64,000 nt of DNA from a virus: IMG/VR virus record IMGVR_UViG_3300023174_000001, positions 1 to 64,000 of that record, one strand, 5' to 3'. A model generated the notes under the pieces. It had not been told where the DNA came from. It did no database searches and saw only the letters and a list, made by a program, of their open reading frames with translations. Position 1 is the stretch's first letter, and the number at the start of each line of letters is the position of its first letter. This document shows, in pieces, positions 55,665 to 63,628 of this stretch. Made by a program: the position numbers and the translations under genes.

Positions 55665-57201
55665 GTTTTTAGACACCAATGAAGCGGTCGTGTACCACGG
55701 AAACTGCTTAGACAAACTAAAAGAATTGCCTGACAATTCCATTGATGCGATTGTCACTGACCCACCTTATGGCTTAGGTAATGCTGACCCTGAATACATT
55801 ATGTCTGCTCTAAAGATGTGGATGGATGGGGATAGAGAACATATCCCTGCTGGTAAAGGTTTTATGGGAAAGCAGTGGGATGCTTTTGTTCCACCACCTG
55901 CTGTGTGGGATGAATGTTTTAGAGTGCTAAAGCCAGGTGGACACATCTTGGTATTCGCTGGCACACGCACGCAAGACCTTATGGGGCTTAGCGTAAGAAT
56001 GGCTGGCTTTGAGATTAGAGACAGCATCTCTTGGATTTATGGTTCTGGCTTTCCTAAGTCGCTCGACATCAGTAAGGCATTAGACAAGATGGCTGGGGCT
56101 GAACGCGAAGTACTTGGTCGCAATCCGAACAGTCGTGAGAACGCCACTAAGGAAAACACTCTTTATGAGAGTGGAACTGTGGGCAAGACAGACTTTATTA
56201 CAGCACCTGCTACTGACGCTGCTAAGCAATGGGAGGGTTGGGGCACTGCTCTAAAGCCAGCAGTCGAGCCAATCATCGTTGGTCGCAAGCCACTTTCAGA
56301 AAAAAATGTATCTCTCAATGTATTGAAGTGGGGAACTGGTGGCATCAACATAGACGCTAGTCGCATTGGTCGTGCTGATAATGATGTATCAAGTGCTGGA
56401 GCACGAACCGCAACATTTGGAACGCAAGAAACTGTATCTGGTGGAGATGGTTCTGGTGGCTGGGAGCAGAACAGTGGGGGTCGCTTTCCAGCAAACCTAA
56501 TCTTCACTCACGCAGAAGACTGCGTAGAAATCGGCGTAGTAGAAGAGTCTTATGCGATAAACAAGACTGAGGAGTGGACTGGCTTCGGACAGAAAGAACG
56601 CCCCGACTACCAAAGTTCAGAACAGAAAGTGTCGACGGTCCTATATGAATGTGTAGACTGGTGTCCTGTAAAGGAACTAGATGAGCAAAGTGGGATTCTA
56701 AAGTCTGGTTCTATGGACAGCATTACAAAAGGCTATGACCCTGAAACTTTCAATACTTTTGGTAAGCAGTACGCTCGTAGGGTTGTTCACAAGGGAGACT
56801 CTGGTGGGGCATCTCGCTTCTTCTATGTTGCTAAGGCAAATAAGAAAGATAGAAACGAAGGTCTCGACGGTCTTATGGAAAAGGGTAAGGTCTACAACGG
56901 AACATCGGAAGACAGTGCTGGTAAAGCACCGGGTTCAGTAGAGGACAAGTTCTCCACTAAGCCACAAACTAATTTCCACCCAACGGTGAAGCCGACATCC
57001 CTAATGGAATACCTTGTAGCACTTGTGTGTCCTGTTGGTGGAGTTGTGCTTGACCCATTTACTGGGAGTGGAAGTACTGGCAAGGCTGCTATCCGTAAGG
57101 GTATGAAGTTTATTGGTATTGAAATGACAGACGAGTATTTACCAATCATCAAGGGTCGCCTTGAACACGAAATCAACAAGAAGAACGGAAGCCTATTCTA
57201 A
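55657..57201 (+). CDS. DNA amino-methyltransferase (N6-A/N4-C, beta class)
   Basis: TDPPY motif IV, HPTVKP, LDPFTGSGSTG motif I at C-terminus. Confidence 0.9.
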   Translation: MTKFLDTNEAVVYHGNCLDKLKELPDNSIDAIVTDPPYGLGNADPEYIMSALKMWMDGDREHIPAGKGFMGKQWDAFVPPPAVWDECFRVLKPGGHILVFAGTRTQDLMGLSVRMAGFEIRDSISWIYGSGFPKSLDISKALDKMAGAEREVLGRNPNSRENATKENTLYESGTVGKTDFITAPATDAAKQWEGWGTALKPAVEPIIVGRKPLSEKNVSLNVLKWGTGGINIDASRIGRADNDVSSAGARTATFGTQETVSGGDGSGGWEQNSGGRFPANLIFTHAEDCVEIGVVEESYAINKTEEWTGFGQKERPDYQSSEQKVSTVLYECVDWCPVKELDEQSGILKSGSMDSITKGYDPETFNTFGKQYARRVVHKGDSGGASRFFYVAKANKKDRNEGLDGLMEKGKVYNGTSEDSAGKAPGSVEDKFSTKPQTNFHPTVKPTSLMEYLVALVCPVGGVVLDPFTGSGSTGKAAIRKGMKFIGIEMTDEYLPIIKGRLEHEINKKNGSLF

Positions 57202-57491
57202 TGACAATTATCAGACCGCTATTTGACAGAGTACTAATTGAGCAAATCAAAGCACAGGAGACAACTTCTGGTGGCTTGATTATTCCAGACAGTGCTCAGA
57301 CCCCGCCGCAAGAGGCAATCGTAATTGCTGTTGGTGAGGGAAAGCGAAACTCTAATGGTGAACTAAACCCTATTGGTGTGGCTGTGGGGGACAGAGTTAT
57401 CTTCTCGCAGTACTCAGGCACAAAGGTTGAGTATGACGGTAAGTCATACATCCTTATGAATGTGGCTGACTTGTTCGCTGTGGTGGAATAG
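57201..57491 (+). CDS. groES: Co-chaperonin GroES
   Basis: IRPLFDRVLI, TTSGGLIIPDSA, VIAVGEG, VGDRVIFSQYSGT. Confidence 0.92.
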   Translation: MTIIRPLFDRVLIEQIKAQETTSGGLIIPDSAQTPPQEAIVIAVGEGKRNSNGELNPIGVAVGDRVIFSQYSGTKVEYDGKSYILMNVADLFAVVE

Positions 57492-57775
57492 TGCCTGAGG
57501 AAGAAGAAGAACTAAAGAGTCCCCTCGCTAAAGCAACTGCTAATGCTTTAGACCACCAAAAGAAACTGCTACACGCCACAAGCGAGGCTCTAGACGCTGT
57601 TTTCAATATGGGCTGTGAAGTCGGAGTTGCTGAAGAGCGAGACCGAATTGTAAAATGGATTGAAGAGAATGTCTCTGAGTGGGGCTCTAAAGAAGATGGG
57701 CTCTATGTGAAAAGAGACCACTTTGATTCAGATGATTTACTTGCCTTTATTAGAGGAGAGAAAAATGAGCATTGA
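57491..57775 (+). CDS. Hypothetical protein
   Basis: Coupled GTG start; G...EERDRIVKWI motif. Confidence 0.6.
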   Translation: MPEEEEELKSPLAKATANALDHQKKLLHATSEALDAVFNMGCEVGVAEERDRIVKWIEENVSEWGSKEDGLYVKRDHFDSDDLLAFIRGEKNEH

Positions 57776-57947
57776 AGCCTATGACTATGGCAAACAAGAT
57801 GGGGCTAAAGAAGAACGAGAACGCATCATCAAACTGCTAGAAGAGATGCAGGAAACCGCTTTGGCAACTGAAACAAATGAAGGAAGTAAGACTGCTTGGG
57901 TTTTAGAGAATGCTATTGCTCTTATCAAAGGAGAAACAAATGGATAA
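57765..57947 (+). CDS. Hypothetical protein
   Basis: GAGGAG RBS before ATG 57765; G..EERERIIKLL...AIALIKGE. Confidence 0.6.
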   Translation: MSIEAYDYGKQDGAKEERERIIKLLEEMQETALATETNEGSKTAWVLENAIALIKGETNG

Positions 57948-58041
57948 AGTTATTTGCGAGCACGACCTACTACACATTTATAATAAACACGAGTGTGATG
58001 GGTGCTGTGCTCAATACATACTTACAGAAGAAACTAAATAG
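57940..58041 (+). CDS. 33-aa Cys/His-rich peptide (not in ORF track)
   Basis: AAGGAG RBS; MDKVICEHDLLHIYNKHECDGCCAQ... Confidence 0.55.
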   Translation: MDKVICEHDLLHIYNKHECDGCCAQYILTEETK

Positions 58042-58055
58042 AAAGAATAAATAAG

Positions 58056-58256
58056 ATGGATGAATTAGAGTGTAATTACTTAGGTTTTATCAGTACTACC
58101 GATGCTGGACTACAGACATTCTTTGCTGTGGTTATGACTGCTTTAGTAGTGGTCCTTGGTGCTAGTTTGGTTGGTGCTATAACAACTAAGAACAGACTGG
58201 CTAGTGAACTAAAGAAAGAAAAAGAGACAAATGAGCAAAGAAATTCATCAAAGTAA
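58056..58256 (+). CDS. Small membrane protein
   Basis: One hydrophobic helix. Confidence 0.5.
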   Translation: MDELECNYLGFISTTDAGLQTFFAVVMTALVVVLGASLVGAITTKNRLASELKKEKETNEQRNSSK

Positions 58257-58431
58257 GGCAAGTATTTTTACCTTCATTTCTATTGTTTTAGTGATGCTTG
58301 GAGTGCTGGCTTACGGATTTTCGGTTGTAGAAACCGATTACATCGACGGTCCTAAGGAAAGAATGGCAGAAGAATGTAAAAAACTCTGGCTAGAACAGGG
58401 TGAGGAAGTAGCAGTAAAAAATGGATGCTAA
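58231..58431 (+). CDS. Small membrane protein
   Basis: One hydrophobic helix. Confidence 0.55.
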   Translation: MSKEIHQSKASIFTFISIVLVMLGVLAYGFSVVETDYIDGPKERMAEECKKLWLEQGEEVAVKNGC

Positions 58432-58564
58432 AGAACTTGGTACTGAAATAGATGCTCTTGATGAAAAGATTGAGTTGCTTGGTATTGAGATTGATGTCAT
58501 CGGGGAACACATCAAGGCTCTAGGTTTAAAAATACAAAGACTACGGGATGGAATGACTGAGTGA
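58421..58564 (+). CDS. 47-aa coiled-coil peptide (not in ORF track)
   Basis: GAGG RBS, heptad pattern, GTGA overlap with next gene. Confidence 0.55.
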   Translation: MDAKELGTEIDALDEKIELLGIEIDVIGEHIKALGLKIQRLRDGMTE

Positions 58565-59451
58565 AGATTTACATTGCTGGTCCAATGTCAGGACACGAAG
58601 ATTGGAACTTTCCAGCATTCTTTGAGGCTGAAGAGAAACTGAAGGAACTAGGATATGAAACGCTCAACCCAGCCACTAATGACGGTGCTAGTCTCGAAGT
58701 TGCCATACAAAATGCAATATCCGCTCGTGATAGTGGGGCTACTTGGTCTTCTTATATGCGGCGTGATTTATCTAATCTTTGTTTATCCGATGCTGTATGT
58801 GTACTGCCAAATTGGAAGAGCAGTAAAGGTGCTTCGCTCGAAGTTCAAGTCGCACAAGCCTTAGGCATTCCTATCTACATACTAAAAGATGGAGTGCTAA
58901 CTCCACGAGTAACTGTGATTGGTATTGCTGGCTATGCTCGAAGTGGTAAAGATACTGTTGCTGATTACTTAGTAGAACATTATGGATATGAAAAAGTATC
59001 TTTCTCAACGCCGATGAAAGAGGCGATGTATCGCTTGAACCCACGCATCACCATAAATGAAAGTGTAAACAATCCAATACGAATTGGTGTAGATGTTTAT
59101 GGTTGGGAAGGTCTGAAAGAGCGTAGCCCAGATGTCCGCGGTCTGCTACAACGCTTTGGCACCGAAGTTGGTCGTGAGATGTTTGGTGAGAACTTCTGGG
59201 TGGACTACGCTCTGAACTCTATCGTCGACGGCACTAAGGTAGTAATCTCTGATGTCAGATATCCAAACGAAGTCAATGCTATAAAAGCATTAGGTGGGAA
59301 AGTTTATAGAGTCGAGAGAGATGGAGTTGGCCCTGCTAACTCTCACGCTTCTGAAAATGGGCTGGATGGTTATGAGTTTGATGGAGAACTTCAAAACAAC
59401 GAAAGTGTGGAGTGGTTGTACAGGCTTATTGAGAATCAAATACTAAATTAG
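58561..59451 (+). CDS. DUF4406/nucleoside deoxyribosyltransferase-like domain fused to dNMP kinase
   Basis: KIYIAGPMSG...NFPAF...WKSSKGASLE; then GIAGYARSGKDTVA, LQRFGTEVGR, ISDVRYPNE, HASE. Confidence 0.85.
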   Translation: MKIYIAGPMSGHEDWNFPAFFEAEEKLKELGYETLNPATNDGASLEVAIQNAISARDSGATWSSYMRRDLSNLCLSDAVCVLPNWKSSKGASLEVQVAQALGIPIYILKDGVLTPRVTVIGIAGYARSGKDTVADYLVEHYGYEKVSFSTPMKEAMYRLNPRITINESVNNPIRIGVDVYGWEGLKERSPDVRGLLQRFGTEVGREMFGENFWVDYALNSIVDGTKVVISDVRYPNEVNAIKALGGKVYRVERDGVGPANSHASENGLDGYEFDGELQNNESVEWLYRLIENQILN

Positions 59452-59458
59452 AGGAAGT

Positions 59459-60142
59459 ATGAAAATAGGCATTGTCATACCTTGGAGACCTCAGCCGAGT
59501 AGGTTAGAGACTAAGAAATTTATAGTCAAACACTACAAAGAAATGTTTCCTGATGCGAAGATTTACTTTGCCGATAAAAAAGGCGAGAAATGGAACATGA
59601 GTGGTAGTAGAAATCTTGGTTGCGACAAGGCAATAGCAGATGGTTGCGATGTCATAGTTGTGTCTGATGCTGACATGTATGTTAAGAAAGACAGAATCTT
59701 AGACGCTTGCGAGATTTCTATCAAGCAGGGGATTGTGTCTAACCCTTATGGAAAAATTGTGTTCCTTGATGATAAGGACTCCAATCTTTTTATGAGTAAT
59801 CAGGATAAGTTTTTTGAAGATACTAAAGAACTTCTCAAGGTCTACCCTGCTCTATATGGGGGAGTATACACAATCACTCCAAGCACATTCAAGGAACTAA
59901 ACGGCTGGGATGAAAGATTTAGTGCGTGGGGGTTTGAAGATTTGGCGTTTAGAGACACCCACAAAAAGATTACTGGTCTTGATTTCTATAAAACTGGCGG
60001 ATTAGGTGTCTGGCTTGGCCACGAAGACAGAGATAAAAGTTTAGAAAGTGTAAATGAAAAACTTTATAATAACTTCTATAAGAGTTTGAGCAAGAATGAA
60101 TTGGCAGATTGGATAAAAGGAAATAGATTTGAACTTCTATGA
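59459..60142 (+). CDS. GT2/GT7-like glycosyltransferase
   Basis: IVIPWR, SRNLG, SDAD, NGWDERFSAWGFED. Confidence 0.85.
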   Translation: MKIGIVIPWRPQPSRLETKKFIVKHYKEMFPDAKIYFADKKGEKWNMSGSRNLGCDKAIADGCDVIVVSDADMYVKKDRILDACEISIKQGIVSNPYGKIVFLDDKDSNLFMSNQDKFFEDTKELLKVYPALYGGVYTITPSTFKELNGWDERFSAWGFEDLAFRDTHKKITGLDFYKTGGLGVWLGHEDRDKSLESVNEKLYNNFYKSLSKNELADWIKGNRFELL

Positions 60143-60458
60143 TGAAATAAAAAATGCTATGGGGCCTAAGTATTACGACAGAGACGGCAAAAAGATTACT
60201 CAAGAAGAGTGGGGGTCTTTGACTCAAGACAGGTCTTATAAAACTATTGGCAGTTTTGAAGTCCTAGCAAATGGGGAAAGAATATCAGTTTCTACTGCTT
60301 GGATTGGGGCTGACTACGATGGGACTCAGCAAAGGCTCTATGAAACTATGGTGTTTGGTGGTCGCAATAGTGGGCTAACTAGGTTCTATGCCACGGAACT
60401 TGAGGCTATGTTGGGGCATCACGATGTGGTTGATATAGTACAAGACACCCTTTATTAG
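60129..60458 (+). CDS. Hypothetical protein
   Basis: YYDRDGK, VSTAWIG.D, YETMVFGG motifs common in phage proteins. Confidence 0.65.
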   Translation: MNFYDEIKNAMGPKYYDRDGKKITQEEWGSLTQDRSYKTIGSFEVLANGERISVSTAWIGADYDGTQQRLYETMVFGGRNSGLTRFYATELEAMLGHHDVVDIVQDTLY

Positions 60459-60476
60459 ATAGGGTAAAATTGGGCT

Positions 60477-60818
60477 ATGGACATCCCAGAGCAAGTAATC
60501 GTAGGAACGCAGACATTTGATATTGTCGTGCGTAATAGAAAAGACGATGGTATGCTCAATGACGGAACCTTTGGCTACACACTAGATACTGAAAATCTGA
60601 TTGTGATTGACAGTGCTTTATCGCATAGTAGGCAGAAAGTAACGCTCCTACACGAAGTTTTACACGCTATCGGGTTTGTATATGACACATCTGTAAAGCC
60701 TAAGAAGAGCGACGAGTTCTCTATTTGGGAGCATTATTTCATTGGTATTTATGAAGAGGGACTTCTTTTGGTTCTCAGGGACAATCCAGACCTACTTGAG
60801 TATCTAAGACACGCTTAG
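60477..60818 (+). CDS. HExxH metallopeptidase-like protein, leaderless
   Basis: TLLHEVLHA; TAAAAT 6 nt upstream of ATG. Confidence 0.7.
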   Translation: MDIPEQVIVGTQTFDIVVRNRKDDGMLNDGTFGYTLDTENLIVIDSALSHSRQKVTLLHEVLHAIGFVYDTSVKPKKSDEFSIWEHYFIGIYEEGLLLVLRDNPDLLEYLRHA

Positions 60819-60874
60819 GAAAAAAGTTCTAAATTACCTTGTCTTGTATTCATTTCCTGTGCTATCATCTTTAT

Positions 60875-60975
60875 GTAGTTAGTTCCTTCCATTCTAATTA
60901 CACGGGTAGTTGTTCATAGTTGCTCGTCTCCTTTCGGGGAAAACCCTCTGCCTTCGGGTAGGGGGTTTTCTTTTT
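60875..60975 (+). ncRNA. Candidate ~100 nt small RNA with anti-SD sequences
   Basis: TGTGCTATCAT extended -10 at 60858-68; 5' hairpin with TTCCTTCCATT loop; CTCCTTTC; terminator 60939-75. Confidence 0.55.
60939..60975 (+). terminator. Intrinsic terminator
   Basis: GAAAACCCTCTGCC-TTCG-GGTAGGGGGTTTTC then TTTTT. Confidence 0.85.
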
Positions 60976-61074
60976 ACTGTGAAAAAAGTAGCGTAGGGAA
61001 TGTAAAAATGGTAGTGTTTATTTGACGGTGGATACAGGGGTGTGTCCTTAGTCATTTGCATATACATAACAAAG

Positions 61075-61104
61075 AAAAACCCCCTGCTTTTGGCGGGGGG
61101 TTTT
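61075..61104 (-). terminator. Intrinsic terminator for the minus-strand lysis block
   Basis: AAAAACCCCCTGC...GCGGGGGGTTTT just past the M23 stop. Confidence 0.75.
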
Positions 61105-61125
61105 ACTTATTCCTTGTCGGAAACT

Positions 61126-61644
61126 TTATGCCTTCTTGGTAGGAACTACCTTCTTTACAGCAGTCGCAACCTTAGCAGCAACAGTTGGCTTCTTGTCTTC
61201 GCCGTCTAGGTTAGCAAGAATGTGCTTCAGTGGGTCAACCAACTTTTCGTAAGCACATAGGTGAACCTTGACATCCTTACCAATTGACAAGTGGAGGTGG
61301 GCCCCGGTACTTGCTGAGCCGCTAGGGGTGTTCTTACCGCCACCTACAAGACCAACTACAGTCTCGCCACCAGCAACCTTGTCGCCCTTCTTTAGAGTTG
61401 AAGGCTTTGAAAGGTGTGCGTAGATTACGAACAACTTGTCGAATGTGCTGTGGATTAGGTAGTTTCCTAGAACATCGCTCCAGCCAGTTTCCATAACTGT
61501 TCCTGAAGTGATTGCCTTGATTGGAGAGTTCTCCTTTGGAGACCAGTCCTGACCACGGTGTGGTCTTCCGTTTCTGTATGGTGCTAGGTTTCCAAACTCG
61601 TCGTTGCGAGTTGCTTTTGGAAATGGTTCAAAATACTTTGCCAT
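61126..61644 (-). CDS. M23-family peptidase (putative endolysin)
   Basis: HRGQD, YAHL, STGAHLH; AAGGA RBS before ATG 61644. Confidence 0.85.
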   Translation of the reverse strand: MAKYFEPFPKATRNDEFGNLAPYRNGRPHRGQDWSPKENSPIKAITSGTVMETGWSDVLGNYLIHSTFDKLFVIYAHLSKPSTLKKGDKVAGGETVVGLVGGGKNTPSGSASTGAHLHLSIGKDVKVHLCAYEKLVDPLKHILANLDGEDKKPTVAAKVATAVKKVVPTKKA

Positions 61645-61666
61645 TGTTTTCCTTATTGTTAGTTGA

Positions 61667-62737
61667 TTATTTTTCTTCGGTGATTGGACCGCCAACAACC
61701 CAAGCAGAACAAGTTCTTGATGCGGCACACTTGAAATCAAATGCTTCGCAGTATCCTAGTTCTGCTTGGTCAATAGCATCCCAAGCATTTTGTTGACCAG
61801 AATCGCCAGCGGAAATTCCACCCTCGATACAGTCCAACATCTTTGGTGTGCGAATAAACATTACGCAGTTCCCGCACACACTCTTTTTTGCGTCAACCAC
61901 TGGTAGTGACCAACGCTTGGCTTTTTCAGCCCAAAACTCTTCATTAGGTTCTTTAGGATTTAGTGGTCCATAGCCAGCGGTCTCGATTGCTTTTTCTCTG
62001 TTAGCAAGATTGACAGCAATATCCTGAGTCGCTGGTGGACAAGAATCGTCGTCTAGGGCAAAAACCATCGACGCTACTAATGGATTCATTGAGGCAGTTT
62101 CTTTACTGCGTGGGTGAAGTTTAGGGAGTAGGTCATTGTCTTGAACATACTTAGGGTTGTTGGGCTTACCAGAGCGAACAAGTTTTAAGAAAGCATTTAC
62201 ACGAGCCATAGCCCAAGAGTTTCTGTTTTGGTCTGGGCGGTGAGAAGTTGAGAACGCACCCGCTCCACGGCGATAGACAGCCTTGAGTTTTGCTAGCGTA
62301 ACCTTGCGACCATTCTTTGCTTTAGCGTTGTGCTCTTCGACTTTCTTTTCAAGAGCCTTAGTAATCTCGGCAGTGAAAGTAATTCCTTTACCTGTATCTG
62401 CTGAGCCTTCTTTGTTCTTATCAGAGCCTTTGATTTGGTCTTTCTTAGGTGCTGGCTTAGAACCTGCTGTGGCAGTAACAACAACGCCATCTGGAATAAC
62501 AGCAAAGCGACATTTGCCATCTGGCTCCACTTCAGCAGAAATGATTGAGCACTCAGAGCCACCTCTGTATAGAACACAGTTTGAGCACTTTACGCCAATG
62601 GCAGCGACTTCGTTAGCCTCGGCTGCTTCGTAGCCAGCCCAAATGCCAGTCTCGTCTTCATTAAACTTGCCATACTTCTGAGCGAGTAGGAGCAACGCAT
62701 TAGCGAGGTCTCTCTCTTCAGGGTTTAAATTAGGCAT
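61667..62737 (-). CDS. Multi-domain Cys-rich protein, possibly head-morphogenesis associated
   Basis: CSNC..C..C domain; LKAVYRRG.GAF..SHRP..WAMARVNAF domain; CGNC..YC..FKC...C domain; leaderless. Confidence 0.6.
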   Translation of the reverse strand: MPNLNPEERDLANALLLLAQKYGKFNEDETGIWAGYEAAEANEVAAIGVKCSNCVLYRGGSECSIISAEVEPDGKCRFAVIPDGVVVTATAGSKPAPKKDQIKGSDKNKEGSADTGKGITFTAEITKALEKKVEEHNAKAKNGRKVTLAKLKAVYRRGAGAFSTSHRPDQNRNSWAMARVNAFLKLVRSGKPNNPKYVQDNDLLPKLHPRSKETASMNPLVASMVFALDDDSCPPATQDIAVNLANREKAIETAGYGPLNPKEPNEEFWAEKAKRWSLPVVDAKKSVCGNCVMFIRTPKMLDCIEGGISAGDSGQQNAWDAIDQAELGYCEAFDFKCAASRTCSAWVVGGPITEEK

Positions 62738-62755
62738 AGGTTTATTGTAAGACTT

Positions 62756-62995
62756 TTAGGACTTCTTGATTTTCTTAGAAACTGGCTTTTCTTCTTCTTC
62801 TTCTTCTTCTTCTTCTTCTGGCTTCTCATAGCGAAGTGGGAAAGTAAGCACCCAGATGCCAAGTGTCAGAGCAATTAACTTTCCAGTCAGGTCTTTAGCA
62901 GAACCCTCCAGTACTAGCCAAGCCACAGCCATACCTAGTAGGGTCCAAGCCTGACCGATGATGTCCTTTAGCAGTTCTATTAGGAAGTTCTTCAT
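62756..62995 (-). CDS. Two-TM membrane protein with poly-Glu tail (holin candidate)
   Basis: QAWTLLGM.VAW.VLEGSA; two hydrophobic helices. Confidence 0.6.
   Translation of the reverse strand: MKNFLIELLKDIIGQAWTLLGMAVAWLVLEGSAKDLTGKLIALTLGIWVLTFPLRYEKPEEEEEEEEEEKPVSKKIKKS
62789..62818. repeat. (TTC)10 microsatellite encoding Glu10 on the minus strand
   Basis: Ten perfect TTC units. Confidence 0.9.
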
Positions 62996-63210
62996 TATTT
63001 ATCTTCTTTCTTGCCAGCGAAGTATCCACCGATAATACCGATTAGACCTACGAGGGCGTTCTGTACCAGAGCGATTGCGTCTGGGTTTGTTCCTACTACT
63101 TCGCCAAGCATTTGCTGGGCATTTAGCATTGCTACATACTCACCAATGACCACTGTGCCAATAAACGCAAGTATGCCTATGGTGATGATTACCATGAGTT
63201 TGTCTTTCAT
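62995..63210 (-). CDS. Two-TM membrane protein (holin candidate)
   Basis: Two hydrophobic helices, GIIGGYFAG and basic end. Confidence 0.65.
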   Translation of the reverse strand: MKDKLMVIITIGILAFIGTVVIGEYVAMLNAQQMLGEVVGTNPDAIALVQNALVGLIGIIGGYFAGKKEDK

Positions 63211-63626
63211 TACTTTTCTTCTTTCTGAGCAAGTGCTCGTTTGGCTTTTAGTTCCTCAAAGTCTTTTACTTTTGTGTCTCCCATATACCCCCACGCATAA
63301 CCACCTGCGATAAGTGCGTGATTGACGGACTGTCCATCTCCGTCAAGGTATAGCCAGCCCAGAACGCGACCATACTTCTCTGATGAGTCTGGCTTCTCTG
63401 TTCTGATAACGATGACTGTGGCAGCCTTTAGTTTCTTCTTGAGAAGTTCTTTGACTTCAAGACCAAGAACCTTTTCTGCCTTATCTGTTGTGCGAGACTC
63501 TGGGGTGTCAATGCCAGCAAGACGAACTCGCTTGGTGATTGAAATGTCAAAGCCTAAGTCAATGTCGACATCGATAGTGTCTCCGTCAACTACTGCCAAG
63601 ACACTCTTGACTCTGTATTCGTACAT
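63210..63626 (-). CDS. Thermonuclease (SNase-like)
   Basis: VVDGDTID, RVRLAGIDTPE, KYGRVLG. Confidence 0.9.
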   Translation of the reverse strand: MYEYRVKSVLAVVDGDTIDVDIDLGFDISITKRVRLAGIDTPESRTTDKAEKVLGLEVKELLKKKLKAATVIVIRTEKPDSSEKYGRVLGWLYLDGDGQSVNHALIAGGYAWGYMGDTKVKDFEELKAKRALAQKEEK

Positions 63627-63628
63627 AC

